Origin: the human T2T-CHM13v2.0 reference genome, Homo sapiens
Assembly (NCBI RefSeq): GCF_009914755.1
Contig: NC_060925.1
DNA length: 64,000 bases
Strand: one strand, 5' to 3'
The translations under genes and the position numbers were made by a program. The notes below the pieces were generated by a model, which ran no database searches, had not been told where the DNA came from, and worked only from the letters and a program-made list of their open reading frames with translations. Below, in pieces: positions 40,836 to 57,570 of the stretch. How positions within the stretch are numbered: the first letter of the stretch is position 1; each line of letters starts with the position of its first letter.

Positions 40836-41559
40836 AGAAAGAGAGAATAAAACAAAATGCTCACTGCTTGATTGTTAAATCTAGAGATCATTTACAAATC
40901 CGCCACATGTTGTAAATCTAACTGTACGGGCTCTATGTGTTAGAGTTAGAACTTTCCTTCTTTTGTCCCCATGACTCACGGCCCTTTATCTATAGCTATC
41001 CCTCCCTTGCCCTCCAACTAGTTATTAAAGCCACAATTTGAACATACTTCATGGTGGGCAACATGCATTATCTAATTTTCTCCTGATGACTACCTTATGA
41101 ATCTATTAAAGGGAAAGTTGAACTTTACAAATGCTGCTCCAGGTCACGTTGCTCTATGTATTGGAGTTAGAATTCAAACCCAGCCCTACCTGGCTCTTCT
41201 TACACTGCAATTCACCGCCTTAGGGATGAAAAAATCCAGTGAGGGATAACAGATGTTGTCACAGATATTTGCTAAAAATGCTCCCCACATCCTCCCAGGT
41301 GCCATTTGATGTTCATCCCCACTGTTTCCTTATAACTGGCTTTGGGCATGTAGTCTTGCTCCTTGAATTTGGTGACCACAGAAACTTCCTTTGTATGTTT
41401 CCCACTCGAATGTGTTTTCTACACACTCTCTGACATTACCATCTACTCTCTGCAAAACTACATTTATCAGACTCAAGCCCACAGAGCTGGGGTCTCTATG
41501 CCTTCATGAACAGTTTTTGCTAACGGAGAAAAAATTTAGATGCCATATAAGGATGGTGA

Positions 41560-42110
41560 TAAGGTAGTGGTAAGATTGAAGATAAATTTTCAAAAAAATT
41601 TGAGTGTGGGATACAGAATGGATTGTAGGGAGACAAATGTGGGCACAAAGAGACAAATTAAAAGGCTATCGTGGTAATGCGGGTGAAGAAATGGTCTTAG
41701 CTTGCGCCAGGGCAGTTCCAGTGAAGGCCATTGACTAAGAACACATACTGGAGCCAGACTGCCCACGTATGATTCCCTGCTTTGCCATTCTCTAACTACA
41801 GGACCTTGGGCAAGTTACTTAACTCCTCTGTGTGTCAGTTGTATCACTTGAAAATGGGGTTGATATGTTATAGTAACTGCTTCCTAAGGTTATGAATATT
41901 AAATGAATTGATATATTTAAGAGTGGCTAGCCTACAGTGAGTGCAATAAAGGTGTTAGTTATTGAAAGCAGTGGAAATGGAGTAGAGAGAGATAAGCTGT
42001 AAAAAGATAGAATATATAAGCCATTTAGTTGATCTGCTTTGGGGAAGAATAAGAGAGGTGTCTAGAATGATTCCTCGGTTTCTGCCTTGAAGCATTGCTT
42101 TCTGATGCTT
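41560..42110 (-). mobile_element. L2 fragment with a plus-strand MIR inserted at ~41730-41965
   Basis: agaatggattgtaggg..aggctatcgtggtaat; MIR core gaccttgggcaagttacttaac; L2 resumes ..gaatgattcctcggtttctg. Confidence 0.7.
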
Positions 42111-42784
42111 CAGTCCCAATAGGTGCAATTTTGTAAGCCGGGAAGGTGAAGATGTGAAGATCCCTAGGAGTGGGCAGATTGGAAGCATGTGTTTACTCAC
42201 TGATTAGCTAGACTCACTCACCAGTTAAGGTTCCTACAAGTTAAGACATGCCTGCGACCTTTGAGAGATTTCTCCCTCCTAATAGGGGCCATGAATGTTA
42301 AGTTTAAGGATTTTTTGTATTTACTGTATCATTTTCATCCTACAGCTAAGCAAGCTGAGAATAAGAGACATGACTTGCCACATTCAAGAAGCTGAAAGTG
42401 AAGTAACACACATTTACCTGATTCCAGAGCCTGTGTTGTTTTGCTGTGGCCCATTGCCCCACAAGCCTCCAGTGACACCCAGACCTAGAACTAGAGGCCT
42501 GGGAAAGTACCAGATTAGAGTTTAGGGCTACAAGATGATAAATGATGGACTTAGTCCAGAGTGTGCATTTTAATGGGGTAACGCCTAAAGGATGAATTCG
42601 GTACTGTGATACTTAGGGTATTTGCTTATTTATTTATTTTGTTCTTACTCTTATGTGGCATAATTGCATTTATGAGATAAGACATTAAAAACTATTCTAT
42701 CCTCAGAATGGTTTGTGTCATCTGCTCTTTGAGAGTTAATTTTTTGTTCATGTGTTTGTTTAACTACATGGAATTTGAAGATAA

Positions 42785-43090
<306 letters not shown>

Positions 43091-43391
43091 AAGGTCATAT
43101 TTTTTTTCCACAAGTATGTAATAGAGATTTAGGAAAGCCATAGTTGGCTATATTCAAGGAAATTAAATTGTTTTTAAATAAAAATCCATGAAACTACAAT
43201 ATACAAAAGTTAGTAAGCATCATAAACATGAAGTAAACTAGAAGTATGTACTAGAGAGCATTATTCCTTATTAAGTGTTAAGAAAAGTTTTATTAATAAC
43301 ATTAATTCTCTAGATAATCACTTTTTATATCCTTTCAAGATGTCTCTATCTTGAAACATTTATCTGCCACATTATAAAAATAGATATTATT

Positions 43392-43968
43392 TTATTCATT
43401 TATAGAATACTCACTGTGTTTAAGGCACTATTCTGGACATCGAGCTGCAATAGTGAACATAATCAAGTTTCTGCTCTCATTAAGCTTTGCTTCTAGTGAA
43501 GACACAAATAACAAATAACTAAACAAATGAGTAATCTAATATTTCTATATGTATTAGTTAGAGCTAAGTACCCCCTGCTCCTCCAAGCTTCCAAGCCTCC
43601 AAGCCTCCCTCCTCCAAAATGACTAAAATCATGTATTTTTCTTTCCATAGTCTTAAGGTGCCTGGTAGTGAGTAGCTCAATCCCTGTGCACATTAGAAAG
43701 AATTAGGATTCCTTCCAGGTATCTGCTGCACCATCTCCTATGGCATTGTTGGCTGATTAAGCTAGGTCACCATTACATACAGGTGACAGCTGCCAGGAGG
43801 ATCTTAAGCTACCAGCGGCTTCCCCGCAGCACATTGTATTGGAGGGAACTTAGAAATGAAAGGATGCCAATGAACGTGTGGCTAGGTGACCATGTGGTCA
43901 GCTTCAATTCCATTACTTTGGAAGGAGAAGAGAGAGGATTTTAATGGCTATCTAGTAGTCTCTGCATA
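43392..43968 (-). mobile_element. L2 3' end (~43392-43550) followed by an MLT1J/K-like LTR (~43551-43968)
   Basis: ttcatttatagaatactcactgtg..ggcactattctgg; tgtattagtta start and ..ctagtagtctctgc end. Confidence 0.6.
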
Positions 43969-44034
43969 ATTTTGTACAGTTGTTTAACAACATAGGAGAT
44001 GATTATGGAGATTATTATGGTAAATTGTCATAAA

Positions 44035-44560
44035 AATTTCTCTACAAGCGTTGATTAACCATTCTACTGGAGCATACAGTTTGTTTCCATTGTTTTATTA
44101 CTATGGACAAGTTAAAATATTAGTGGTTCATGATTACATTTTTTATTATCTCCTTAAGGTATATTTATAGAAATAAACTTACTAGTAATATTTGGACAAC
44201 TTTACTTGTTGTTAATCATTTTCCAAAAGTATTATATACATTTTCATTTACCTATAGAATTTTTTTCACACTCTTGCTAGAAATGAACATGGATCTTGTT
44301 ACTTATTAATATGAGAGACAAAACCACTATCTTGTTTCATTAAATATTTCTTTGATTACTATTTGTCTGATTTTTTCTCCAGTATTTTTTAGGTAATTAC
44401 ATTTCTTTCATGTACCTGTTGGGATACTTCAATTACATTGTATAAATTGTTATAGATTAAGTATTAATCCTTTGTTATATTTGTTACCAGTGTGTGTTTT
44501 TCTTAAGTACTTTTAAATATTGTACTTTTAAATGTTATATGGAAAATATACTTTTAAAAT
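44035..44560 (-). mobile_element. Old L1ME fragment (donor of the 45437-45593 copy)
   Basis: ttaaccattctactgg..ttgtttcc..atctccttaagg..ttccaaaa..tatttctttgattacta. Confidence 0.6.
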
Positions 44561-45184
44561 ATACAATTATGTTCTAGTAATAACACTTATTAAAACTTCC
44601 AACATCTCCAGTCAATGGTATTCAGCAGTCACCTCTTCTTTCGCTTGCATGTGGATCTTTCAGACATACGACTCGACACAAACTGAGTATCTTCATAGGA
44701 GCCCTTCTCAGACTGAGTCATAGTTTGGAAAAGTGTTATCCAGTTTGGGAGAAGGTGCCTCCTGCTTTTTACTATTTCTTCAGAACATAACCTAAAGTAT
44801 GTGATCTTAGATGACATTTGTCCATCTTTATTCACTTCATTTGTCCTTTGAGAGAAATTTGAAAGGAGAAGGTACAAGGTAGTGTGAGTTCTCTTCTCAC
44901 GGTTGAGCTTCCTCCACACATTTGGTTGTCCCATTCATTCTCATCATAATATCCCAGGTGGCTCATTCTCAAACAACTTTCTTTTAACCAGTCCTAACAT
45001 TTTAGGATGTATTTTTAAAGAATGAATGACTTTATGAAGTTCACAGTCAACATTTAAGCATGAAAATACGCAAAAATTCCCTTTCTCAAAAGTATATAAT
45101 TGAAGTCTTGTAGGAATATTTTATGTTTTAAAAATATACCAGTCAGCTTTTGCTAAGTTAGAAAGTGAAGTAAACATAATTTTA

Positions 45185-45650
<466 letters not shown>

Positions 45651-45723
45651 ATAATTTTTAAAGTAAGAGCTTTACCTTTCAATGACACCTACTCTGACCA
45701 TCCCATTTAAAAATGAAATCCTC

Positions 45724-46030
<307 letters not shown>

Positions 46031-46242
46031 TCATGACTCCATAGCCACTGTTCTTTTCTGATTAATTTTTTCCTCATCATATTATTTCTATCTAATACAC
46101 TATATTATTTAGTTATGTTATTATCCATGTCACTCTGATAGAACATAAGTTCCACAGGGGCAAGATTTTTGTCTACTTTGTTAACTGATGTAGCCCCAGA
46201 GTCACAGTAGACACTAGAAAAATAATCATTAAATGAAGGGAA

Positions 46243-46572
46243 AAAAACTCAGTGGTTTACAATAGCAAATATTTTCCCTACTCATGTCACATGCCTTTCA
46301 AGGATTGGAGGCATCCCTGCTCCATGGCCTTCTCATCCTGATATCCAGTTCTCAAAAGAGCCAGAATCTTGGAAACACTGGCCTCATTGCAGAGAGAGAA
46401 AGAGATGATGGAACTCATGACAGCTTCAGCTGGAAGCACAGGTCGCTTCCACTCACATTCCCTTGGCCAAGGCAATTAATTTACCCAAACAGTATGTCAA
46501 AAGGGTGGTGATGAATAATCCTCTCACAGAGACAGACAATGAATATTTGAAACAATTATACAGGCTTCACAC
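46243..46572 (-). mobile_element. MLT1K-like LTR fragment
   Basis: aaactcagtggtttacaa..ctcatgtcacatg..cttccactcacattcccttggccaa. Confidence 0.65.
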
Positions 46573-47589
46573 TAGTGTTCTCCTCATTTTCCTTCCTTAT
46601 AACACATATGAAAAAAAGTTAACGGAAAGCAGAGAAAAATCTTCATAGTGTATTTATGTTCTCCAAAAAGACCAAATGCAGTGCAAAACAAAGTGATAAT
46701 GGGATCTAATCTATAGTGTGGGGGTAACTAGATAAGAATAATTGTTCTAAAAAAGATCCCAATTAGAAGTAAATTTGAGTTCTTACAGCTATGCATTCCC
46801 ATGTGCTCTCTCTCTCTCTTCCTCTCGTTATTATAAGGCATTCCATTCAAAGGTATTAACTTTTTGAAGATGCAATAACTATGATATTGCCTGTTTTAGA
46901 TACTAAGCAGAATACACAATGCAATATTCAAAGTAAGAACTGGTTATACATGTAACCATTCTATGAGTCTTAAGAAACCCCAAACCAAACATACTGCAAA
47001 ACTTAATTGGAAAAAAAAAAATAAACTTTCACAGTGACAAAGGAAAAAACTATAAACCTGTGTGAATGTTCAGTCTTTACTCAAAATTACTTTAATTTTG
47101 AATATCAATAGAGAATACACGGCACAATTTCTCACCAAGTAGTTCAGATAGATTCTCTAGGGACTTTAAGATTTAAGTTAGTTATTGAGAAGAAAAGCAA
47201 ACACATGTATCCAACCCAAAGCACAGATAGCAAACTCATCTTCACAACTTATTTGCACAAAATTGGTTTTGAGATTGTTGTATGGAAAGACAAAATATAT
47301 ACATATTGTCACTTTGGCCTGAAGGCTTCATATTAATAACAGTGGCTACAAATGCCCTTCCATAAACTTACTCCCTAACAATATTATTTGATAGACCACT
47401 TTGCCTTCTGACTTTCTCTTGTATTATTTTTCCTCTTCTTCTTTCCATCCAATTTGCCCTTATACATTAGGAAGTATGATTACTAACGATATATTCCCTG
47501 CCCATGAGGACTTCACAGTCTGATAAAACAAACAGGTGAGTAAATGAACAATTGAGATGAGAGTGATAAGAAAAAATGGAGCAACGACA

Positions 47590-48945
<1,356 letters not shown>

Positions 48946-49284
48946 CATATCTAATTCTATCTAAGAATTTTTTTACTCTACAATGATCTTGACATATATT
49001 TGTTATTTATTTGGCTAAGAATTGTTGGGTAATACAATATCTATAATGGATCAAATCAGTGATATTCCTCTGAATTTAAAAGATTACTTGAATTGGTTTT
49101 TTGGAATTCTAGATGAATAGTGGTGCTCTGTGGTGACACAGAGTAAAGCTACCAGGCTCAGTAGACTCTTTAGATTTTATCCCTCAATCTTCCTTTCCTA
49201 GCATTTCAAGTTGAATTCTCTCTTCCTCTCTGAAAGAAAAAAAAAAAGTCTTCTTTCCAGAAATACAAAAAATAGATGTCCACT

Positions 49285-49648
49285 TGATACGATTTGGCAG
49301 TGCCCTCACCCAAATCTTATCTTGAATTGTAGCTCCCATAATCCCCATGTGTCATGGGAGGGACCTGGTGGGAGGTAATTGAATCATGGGGGGCAGATTT
49401 TTCACATACTATTCTCGTGATAATGAAGAAGTCTCACGAGATGTGATGGTTTGATAAAGGGCAGTTCCCCTGCACATGATCTCTTGTCTGCTGCCATGTA
49501 AGAGGTGTCTTTGCTCCTCCTTCACCTTCCACCATGATTATGAGGCCTCCCCATCCATGTGTAACTATGAGTTCATTAAACCTCTTTTTCTTTATAAATT
49601 ACCCAGCCTCGAGTATTTCTCATAGCAGTATAAAAATGGACTAATACA
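49285..49648 (+). mobile_element. THE1C/D-like MaLR solo LTR
   Basis: tgatacgatttgg..cacccaaatcttatcttgaattgtagctcccataatcccc..atggactaataca; flanking cact repeat. Confidence 0.93.
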
Positions 49649-50695
49649 CACTTTAGAGAGTCTTAATATCCCTGATCATTAAACTGCTCCTTGTCTCCCA
49701 ACTGAAGCAAGTTACTGTTTTACCGTTTCTTTTGTAGGATTTTGTCTAAACTTATGATGCATATTGAACACATAAATTTAATAAATTAATTACATAAAAT
49801 AATGAAAACCATTCTAATTACACCAGAGTACTGCATAAAACACAGTTGAACCACTCAAGTTTCACATGGTTTGGTCAATAAGTAAAACTAATCCAAGGTT
49901 CCCATGGTTACATAGGTCTAAGTTATATTATTATGCAGGAATTATACTATGGTTATTATCTAATATATGAAACATGCATTATTATATTTAATTATATAAT
50001 TTTACAACCACAGATTAAAGAAAGAAAGATAGTGAAAAAGGTCTTAGTATTAGAGTCTGCTTTCTGTTCATTGTTAGAACAATGAAGCTGGTATGTTTTA
50101 GGTCTTCTGAAATAATTCAATGGGGCCATCAATTTGTACATATGCCCTCTCTCTGCCTCAGCTATGATTTCCTTCTTTCATATTAAAACTCAAGACAGAG
50201 TAAGAAATGAACACAATTACATATGCAGCTTTCCAGTGTAATTTTCCCTTTCTAGTATAACGAAAATCCTGTTTTGCCAAACCTTCTATTGGAATTGGTT
50301 AAATTTACCCCCAATTGTTGTTTGTGGTTTGCCGATTAGTTTTGCTAATGAATTAACAAGTGCAACCGACCACTTGCAGAGCTATTCTCAGTATAATGAA
50401 TGTAATTATTTAACACTAAACCAGGACAGCATCTTTCTTCTTCTGTGACAGGCATTATTCTTTATTCTCCCATTAGCCAGGTGCCCTGGTCTCTGTAAAC
50501 TAGTTATTGACCTGCTCGTTTATAGAGCTTCACTCTAAATGCTCCTTCCCTTATTTAACTCAAGCAAGCTCCTATAATGTCTCCTCTCCATACAGGGTTA
50601 GCATGTAAAGAGTTCATTGTTCATTTATTGTAAGTAAAGCAAGGCGTCGGGGAGCTATTCTTAGATAGATGCTCACACTCCTGAGCCCTGCTTAC

Positions 50696-50821
50696 TTGTC
50701 CCTGGTTAAAATGGATACAAAACCATATGGGGCTGAGCGAGCATCATGTAAGCTCCATAGGAAATCTGAGGCAATGAATCATGGAGCTGGACTCCTGCTG
50801 AGGACTGTGTGTCTGAACAGA
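50696..50821 (-). other. Candidate non-coding exon
   Basis: Minus strand: ttttctgtctatttgtag| acceptor (alternative cag| 9 nt inside) and CAA|gtaagc donor; stops in all three frames. Confidence 0.3.
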
Positions 50822-52479
50822 CTACAAATAGACAGAAAAGCAGCTTAAGCAAGTAGCTTTCATATGACAGGAATGCATATATTAGACATAAGAGGAAACT
50901 ATTTGGATAAGGATGTTTATATATAAAGGACAATAATAATTCTTCCAGCCAGACTCTGAGAGAGCAAACCGTTCGTGAAGAACAATGCCTCTTGGGCCCA
51001 CATTGATGTGTTTCAGGCCTATCTTCTGCCACTACTTAATATCCTTTTTTTAAAAAATGTCACACAATATTGGATCACCTTGACCATGATGTATTGTGTC
51101 AGGGCACATGCAATGACACATAGTGAGATGTGACTGACAAAGCCTAAAGTAAAGATTAGATGTCACAAATTAAAGAAAAAGCCATTGCCATCATTCATGA
51201 TTGAATTTCACTTTGAAACTGTGAAACATTAAGAGTTTCAAAGTTGTGTGAATTATACAACTTTCTTATGTAATTTTGTAGTAATACATAAGAAATACTA
51301 CAAAGAATATGTAGTATCCTTTCTCACATATTGCCTTTAAATAGCAAATGCTATATGTTATACTTGACCTCTAGCTGTAGACATGTAATTGTGCTGTTAA
51401 GAAAAAAGGAAACAATAAGCACCCCCACCTTGGGGAAACCTTGTTAACATTTTTATTAAATTTTTATGTTTGAATAATGATACTTTAATATATCTTTTTC
51501 TTGACTGCAATTCTCAGAGTCCTTTTAAGAGTAACTTGCCTTGACAGCCTAGGAATTTTGAGATAAAGAAAAGACAAATTAGGACTAGCTTTATAGGGGG
51601 AAACAAGATTATAGTGAAAAGTTTATGGTGTGATTAGTGCAGAAATGGGAGCTATTGCTTTCCTTTCAAGGCTGCTTATGTATATGTATAGTAAGTGAAA
51701 AAAGTCATACAACACATACACATAAACAAGTTTACATTTGTCCCTGTGCATGCTCCCTGGGCTATTAAAGCAAAACATACATGTATAATAACCATGGATT
51801 GAAATAATCAGCTTCTCTCAGCATAATAAATATGACTTAAGCTGGGAATTCACTTAATGAATGAAATAAAATCTCAATTAAGAATATTACCAAGGAAGAG
51901 AATGAGCTAGGCCAAAAAAAAGGGGGTGGGGGTGGGGGAAGGGATAGAATTATAGCAAATTACAGTAGAGGTGTTTTGAATCTTTTGATAGAGCTGTTCT
52001 GAGTTTGGTGAGCATGTGACATTACCAGGCATTCAAAATAACACGTCTATCAAATAAAAGCTAGGTAGCATCTCATCACATTCTCAAGTCACAAATTGAA
52101 CTCCAAAAAGAGCAGGGATCTGAAATCAAACTTCCTTGCTGAAGTCTTTAGAAAAGAATTTAAAGCTTCAAAAATAAAGTACATATCCTTGAGGATGTTA
52201 ATTGTAACCACCAAAAGCCAAGGCCTGGGTGAGGGAGGTACAAATAAGGTTTGTTAGTGCACTGCCATCTATGTGTCTCAGAGCCTTGGGCATGGAGCGT
52301 GCTCAACAAATAATTTCAAATAGAATTTAAATAAAGTTATACAATGTATTAGCTATGTATGTTGTTGATTTCATAGTGAAAAAAATGAAGGCAGGAAGTT
52401 AAGATTTAGAAGTTCTCAGGTAAATAAGGCAAACTAAGTATCATATTTTTCACTATGTTTTCAGTATCATATAATACAT

Positions 52480-55400
52480 AGACACTTTTTAGTTTAGATG
52501 TGATGAATGTATCATTTATCTCCCTTAAAGGCTTATGCTTTTGTGTTTTATTCAAAGGTCATAAAGTTCTTTTCCTGCATTTTTTTCTAAGATTACGCTT
52601 TTCACATTTAGACCTTAAATCCAGTTGGAATTACTTTTTTATAAGTTAAGTGAGGTAGGGATATAATTAAAGCATAATCTTCTTATTTGTGAAATTGTTA
52701 ATTCCCTTCTGTTATGCAATATCATTTCTGGAATACACAGTATAATAACTTGCTATTACTATATTATTATTATAGTAAGTTGCAGTGGTCTGTTTTTAGG
52801 TAATCTATTCTTTTCCAAAAATATTTTTCTATACCAATATCATATATCACAATGTTTGATCATTGTAACTCTACGGAGCTTGATACAGCAAATCCTCCCA
52901 CCTTGTACTTCCTCAAAGATGTTTGGCTAATATTGGTCTTGACATTTCCATATAATTTTAGAATGAGCTTGTCAAATTCCATTAAAAAATCTGTTTTTAA
53001 AATTAAGTTCATATTTAACTTATACATTGATTTGGGGAAACTAAATGTTTTAACAATGTTGAAGCTTTCCACCCACAAACACATTGAATTACTTCATTTC
53101 TTTGGCCTTCATTATGTCTTTCAATACTCTTTTATTATTTTCTACATAAAAGTTGAACATCTTTTGTGAAATGTGTTACTATGTTCATTTCGGTTTTTGT
53201 GCCCTTTTTAAATGACAATTTTTAGCATTTCTAATTCCAAATTTTATCATTTTCTAATTCATTTGTTAATATTGAATTTGTGTTCAGAATACCTGCTTAA
53301 TGATCTTACTGATTGTAATAATTCATCTATACATTATTTTGGGTTTTCTATGCAGATAATCATATTGTCTCTGAAAAATGAAATTTTGATTTCTTCTTTT
53401 TCCACCCATATATATTTTATTTCTTTTTCCTATTTCTTTCCGTTAGGCTCTTTCAGACACTCTAATCCTCTAGGATTCAAAGCAATGATATCAAGACTTC
53501 TGTCTTGATCCTGACTTTAAAATAAAAAGCTGCTGTTTCAGTATTTCACCATTATGTATGTTTGCTATAGTTTTAATTAAAACCACTTCATTAAGTTAGA
53601 AATTATACTTCTATTTCTACTTTGATAATAGTTATACTTTCATCATTAGTATATGTTGTATTTTCTGTATCTTGATTTGGCTATTTCTCTTTAAATCTTT
53701 CATTGTGAGAAATTGTCTAGTGTTAAACCATTCTTATCTTCCTTGGCACACCAATTTAAGTTAATCACTTGAACTTCTGGGTTCAAGTGGTCCTCCTTCC
53801 TCAGCCTCCTGCGCAGCTGGGACTACAAGCACATGCCACTGTGCCCAGCTTTTATTATTTCCTTTATTATACTTCTGTGATTTACCTTCTCTTTTTATTT
53901 TTTAAATTGGTATGCTAATTGATTTTAAGTCAATCTTTTCTAACAAACATTAAAAGACAAAAATCACTTTCTTAATTACTTTAATGGTATCCTATAAGTA
54001 TTGATATGTAATCTTTTTATTTTCAATCAATTTTAAAAAGGGTGAAAATGTATTATTATTATTATTATTGGACTCATGGATTACTTAAACATTTGTGTTT
54101 GAATTTTCTTGAAATTGCTTCAGTGATCATTTTTATTGATTCAAATGGTGATGCAATGATTTTGGTTATCTTTTTGTTATTGAGTTCATGGTGATGTAGT
54201 GATTCAATTGTGTTTTAATTAGAGAACATGGTCTATATTATATTGATTTTTGCTATCAGTTTGATTTGCTTTAAAGTGTATTACATCAATTTTCATGAAT
54301 GTTATATTTGTGCTTGAGAATAATGCCCAGGATACATACAAATCTGTCAAGATATACTTGATAACTAGACTAGTCAGATATTCCATATAGTTACATATTT
54401 TCTGTGTAATCAACCAATTATTGAGAAAGTTTTGTTACACTCAGCCATTAAGATTGTAGACTAATCATCAATTCCTCCTTATAATTATATCAGTTTGTTT
54501 CTTGATATATTTCAAGGCTATCTTATTATGCACTAAAATGTTCAGAATTTCTCTATTTCCTTGGCAAATAATTTTGTTTTTTTTTCTCATCTTGTGAAAT
54601 TTTTATCACAAAAAATGGTTTCAACTCTATTTGATATTAATAGAGCTGCCACAGTTTTTATTTTCATTAGAATTTGCCTGTTGTATTTTTGCCATCTTTT
54701 TACTTCAACTGTTTATGCTCATATGTTTTATGCACGCCTTATGCAAGTAACAAGAAAATATTTTAAACCAATCTCAAAAATCTCTCATTTTTAACTGTTA
54801 AATGTAGTTTATTCACATTTATTTGTTTACTGACCTGGTTAGACATATTTCTATTATACTATATTTTGCTTTCTATATATCATGTCTTTTTTAGGGGACA
54901 GAGATTGTTTTTTTCTTTCTTGAATTCTAGCTCTATACATTTATGCTTTTACTTCTCCCTCCTTCCTCTATTGACTTACTGCTCATTTTATTTCTATTCA
55001 TTGTGTGGCTATCATTCAAATTTTATTATATCTTGATGAGCAATTATTCTAAATTGTATTATAATCCTTATCTATTCTCAATCAGTACAAAGGTCTTAAG
55101 GCATTAACTTTGAAACCCTTCAGTTTGACATGTATTGTTGCTTGAACTTTTATTTCCACAATGAATAGCTGTGCTTAACTTACTAGTTTTGCACTATCAG
55201 GAATTATTTACATGTGCTTATGTTTTCTCAGTTTATTTACCTGCTATTATTTTCTGTGTGTGTGTCTCACTTCTTTCTTTCTAGAGTTTTTTCATTCTGT
55301 TTCTTGCATCTCACCCTTTCCTTTGTTAGTTTCTTCTTCCTGAATTTTTTTCATTTTGGATCTCTTTCTGTGAGGATCTATGAGTGAGATTAAACCTAAC

Positions 55401-56700
55401 AATCTTTGTTCAGAAATATTTTATGCTACACTAATTCTTAGGTGAAAACTTATCTGTGTAAAATTTGTATTGACAGTTACTTCTATTTTTGCTTTTTATT
55501 TAATGCATTGCAGTTTTACTATGATGTACCTATAGCTACATGTCAATTTATTAATTCACTTATAAATGTATTTATTTAACTATACTCAGGACTTGTTCAT
55601 CACATGTTTTACTAAATCTGAAACAGTCTTAGCTACTACCTCTTGTGGTAGGCTGAGTAATGGCCCCTAAAAGGATCCACATCCCTAATCTCTGGAACCT
55701 GTAAATGTTACGTTATGTGGCAGAAGGCACTTTCACCAGATCTATTTTCCATTTTTCTGATCTTGTTCAGCAGTATGTAATATGCTCATTAACTCTCCCA
55801 TCGAATTTCTGGTTTTACTGACTATATTTTTCTTTTCTAGTGATTCTATTGGATCTTTTTAATGGTTGTTTTCTTTTCCTTGTTGACACTGTCTTATTGG
55901 ATGTTTATAGTCCTTTTACATTTCAATAAATTTTAAACATACTTACGTTAAAATTTCTTAGTTCTAAATCTGAAATTCATAGGGGTTTGATACTAATGTC
56001 TGCTATGCCTGCTGACTCTTCTCATAATGGATTATTTTCTTATATGTTTATAATGTTGAATTGTGAGGTTATATTCAGCTGGACTTTATCTGTGGGAGTC
56101 CCGTGTTGCATGGTTGAAATGACTTGAATGTGTGTATTACAAATGCTACAGAAGTGTCACCAGTCTGAAAATAATTTTGTATGACTTTTTTTTTAAGTTT
56201 GAAGATTTCTAGACTCCCAGACATAGCCTAAACTTAAATTCCAGACCATAAAGAAGGTAAATGTTCAGGTAAAAATCTCTGAGTAGACATTCTTTCTACC
56301 TAGATCCCAGGCCAAAATGGGCAAGTTTCAAGTTGCTTTACAGATGCCTTGTGCTGGCAGCAGATTTTCTTCCCCTTCCCTCCATTTTCTCATATTTTTT
56401 CATTAAGTACCTTCCAAGTCCTAAGTTTTAGAGTGGGTCTCAGTTCCCACTCTCCACATTGAATGGGTCCAGAATCTGGTCTCCTATTTCCACCCAGATG
56501 CTAACTCAAGAATTTGTAGATTACTCAGTAGAAAAACTCTCTTAGTGTGGCTTCAGCAACAGCTCATTTGCCTTCAGCTCTGGTGCTCATTTTTCTTCAT
56601 TTCTTGTCCCAGAGATTTTCCCAGCTTTCTGACAAATTTAGCCTTTACAAGGATGATTGTTACATTTTATCATGAATTTGTGGGCTTTTGTGGTAAGAAA
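52480..56700 (-). mobile_element. Long degraded old L1M, containing an Alu monomer fragment (~53765-53850, minus) and an MLT1D-like 5' fragment (~55644-55735, plus)
   Basis: Minus ORF EFDKLILKLYGNVK..LRKYKVGG is L1 ORF2-like; tataattttagaatgagcttgtcaa; tgtggtaggctgagtaatggcccc..cctaatctctggaacctgt. Confidence 0.8.
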
Positions 56701-57334
56701 TAAGTTTATTTTATCTTGTTTAAAATTTTCCTGGAACTGAAAAGCCAGCATAAATTGTTAAGGTAATATTTTAAACCATGCCCATCTTGAGACAAATCTT
56801 TTTTTTCTTGCCTACTTTGTGGGTAATCAAGCAGAGTGGGATGTGCCCTTGATGTCAATGCTTGGAAAGTTTCTCCGTTGGGGGGAAGATGGAGATTTCT
56901 TATAAAATCATCTGAAATCAAGCATTCCGTTTTTCATACTCAACCACAAACCCTAAAATTTCAGCTTGCTTTTACAAATGTTCTTGATTTAATTTTAAAG
57001 AAAAATTTTCTCTAATGAAGAAGATACCTTTTTTCTTTTCTCTTCTCCAAATTATTGGTAAGAGAAGATGCCTTTTAGCTATAATTTTCCTCTTACAGTG
57101 GTGTTAATATTTTGATAAGCATAGGTATATTATTTTAGAAATAACAATCTAAAATCTAGAGTTAGTAGCTCATGGATTGAATATAAATTAGATGATTGAA
57201 ATATGATATTTAATGAAGCTTGATTCAGTCCATGAGCTACATAAGCTTATTTTTTCCTCTGTTATTTTTGCTTCCTTTTTCCTAATAAAAGGATTAGAAT
57301 GTTGATTATAATCCATGTGGATATGAAGGGAAAA

Positions 57335-57570
57335 GTGATAATAATCATATAATTTGCCACTGCCTATTAAGTGATTACCATGGCTAGACATTGGGATATA
57401 TATTCCATGTATATTATCTAATTCAATCCTTAGAATATTCCTATAATACAGTATAATTTTACCTATTTTTTTTAGATAAGATAACCAAGGTTTTATAAGC
57501 TGTCCAAGGTCACACTGCAGGTAAGCAATGGATCTAGGATTTGAATAAAGACCTATCTGTCTTTAAAACA
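57335..57570 (-). mobile_element. MIR SINE
   Basis: tattaagtgattaccatggctagaca..ttcaatcct..agataagataaccaagg..ccaaggtcacac. Confidence 0.75.
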
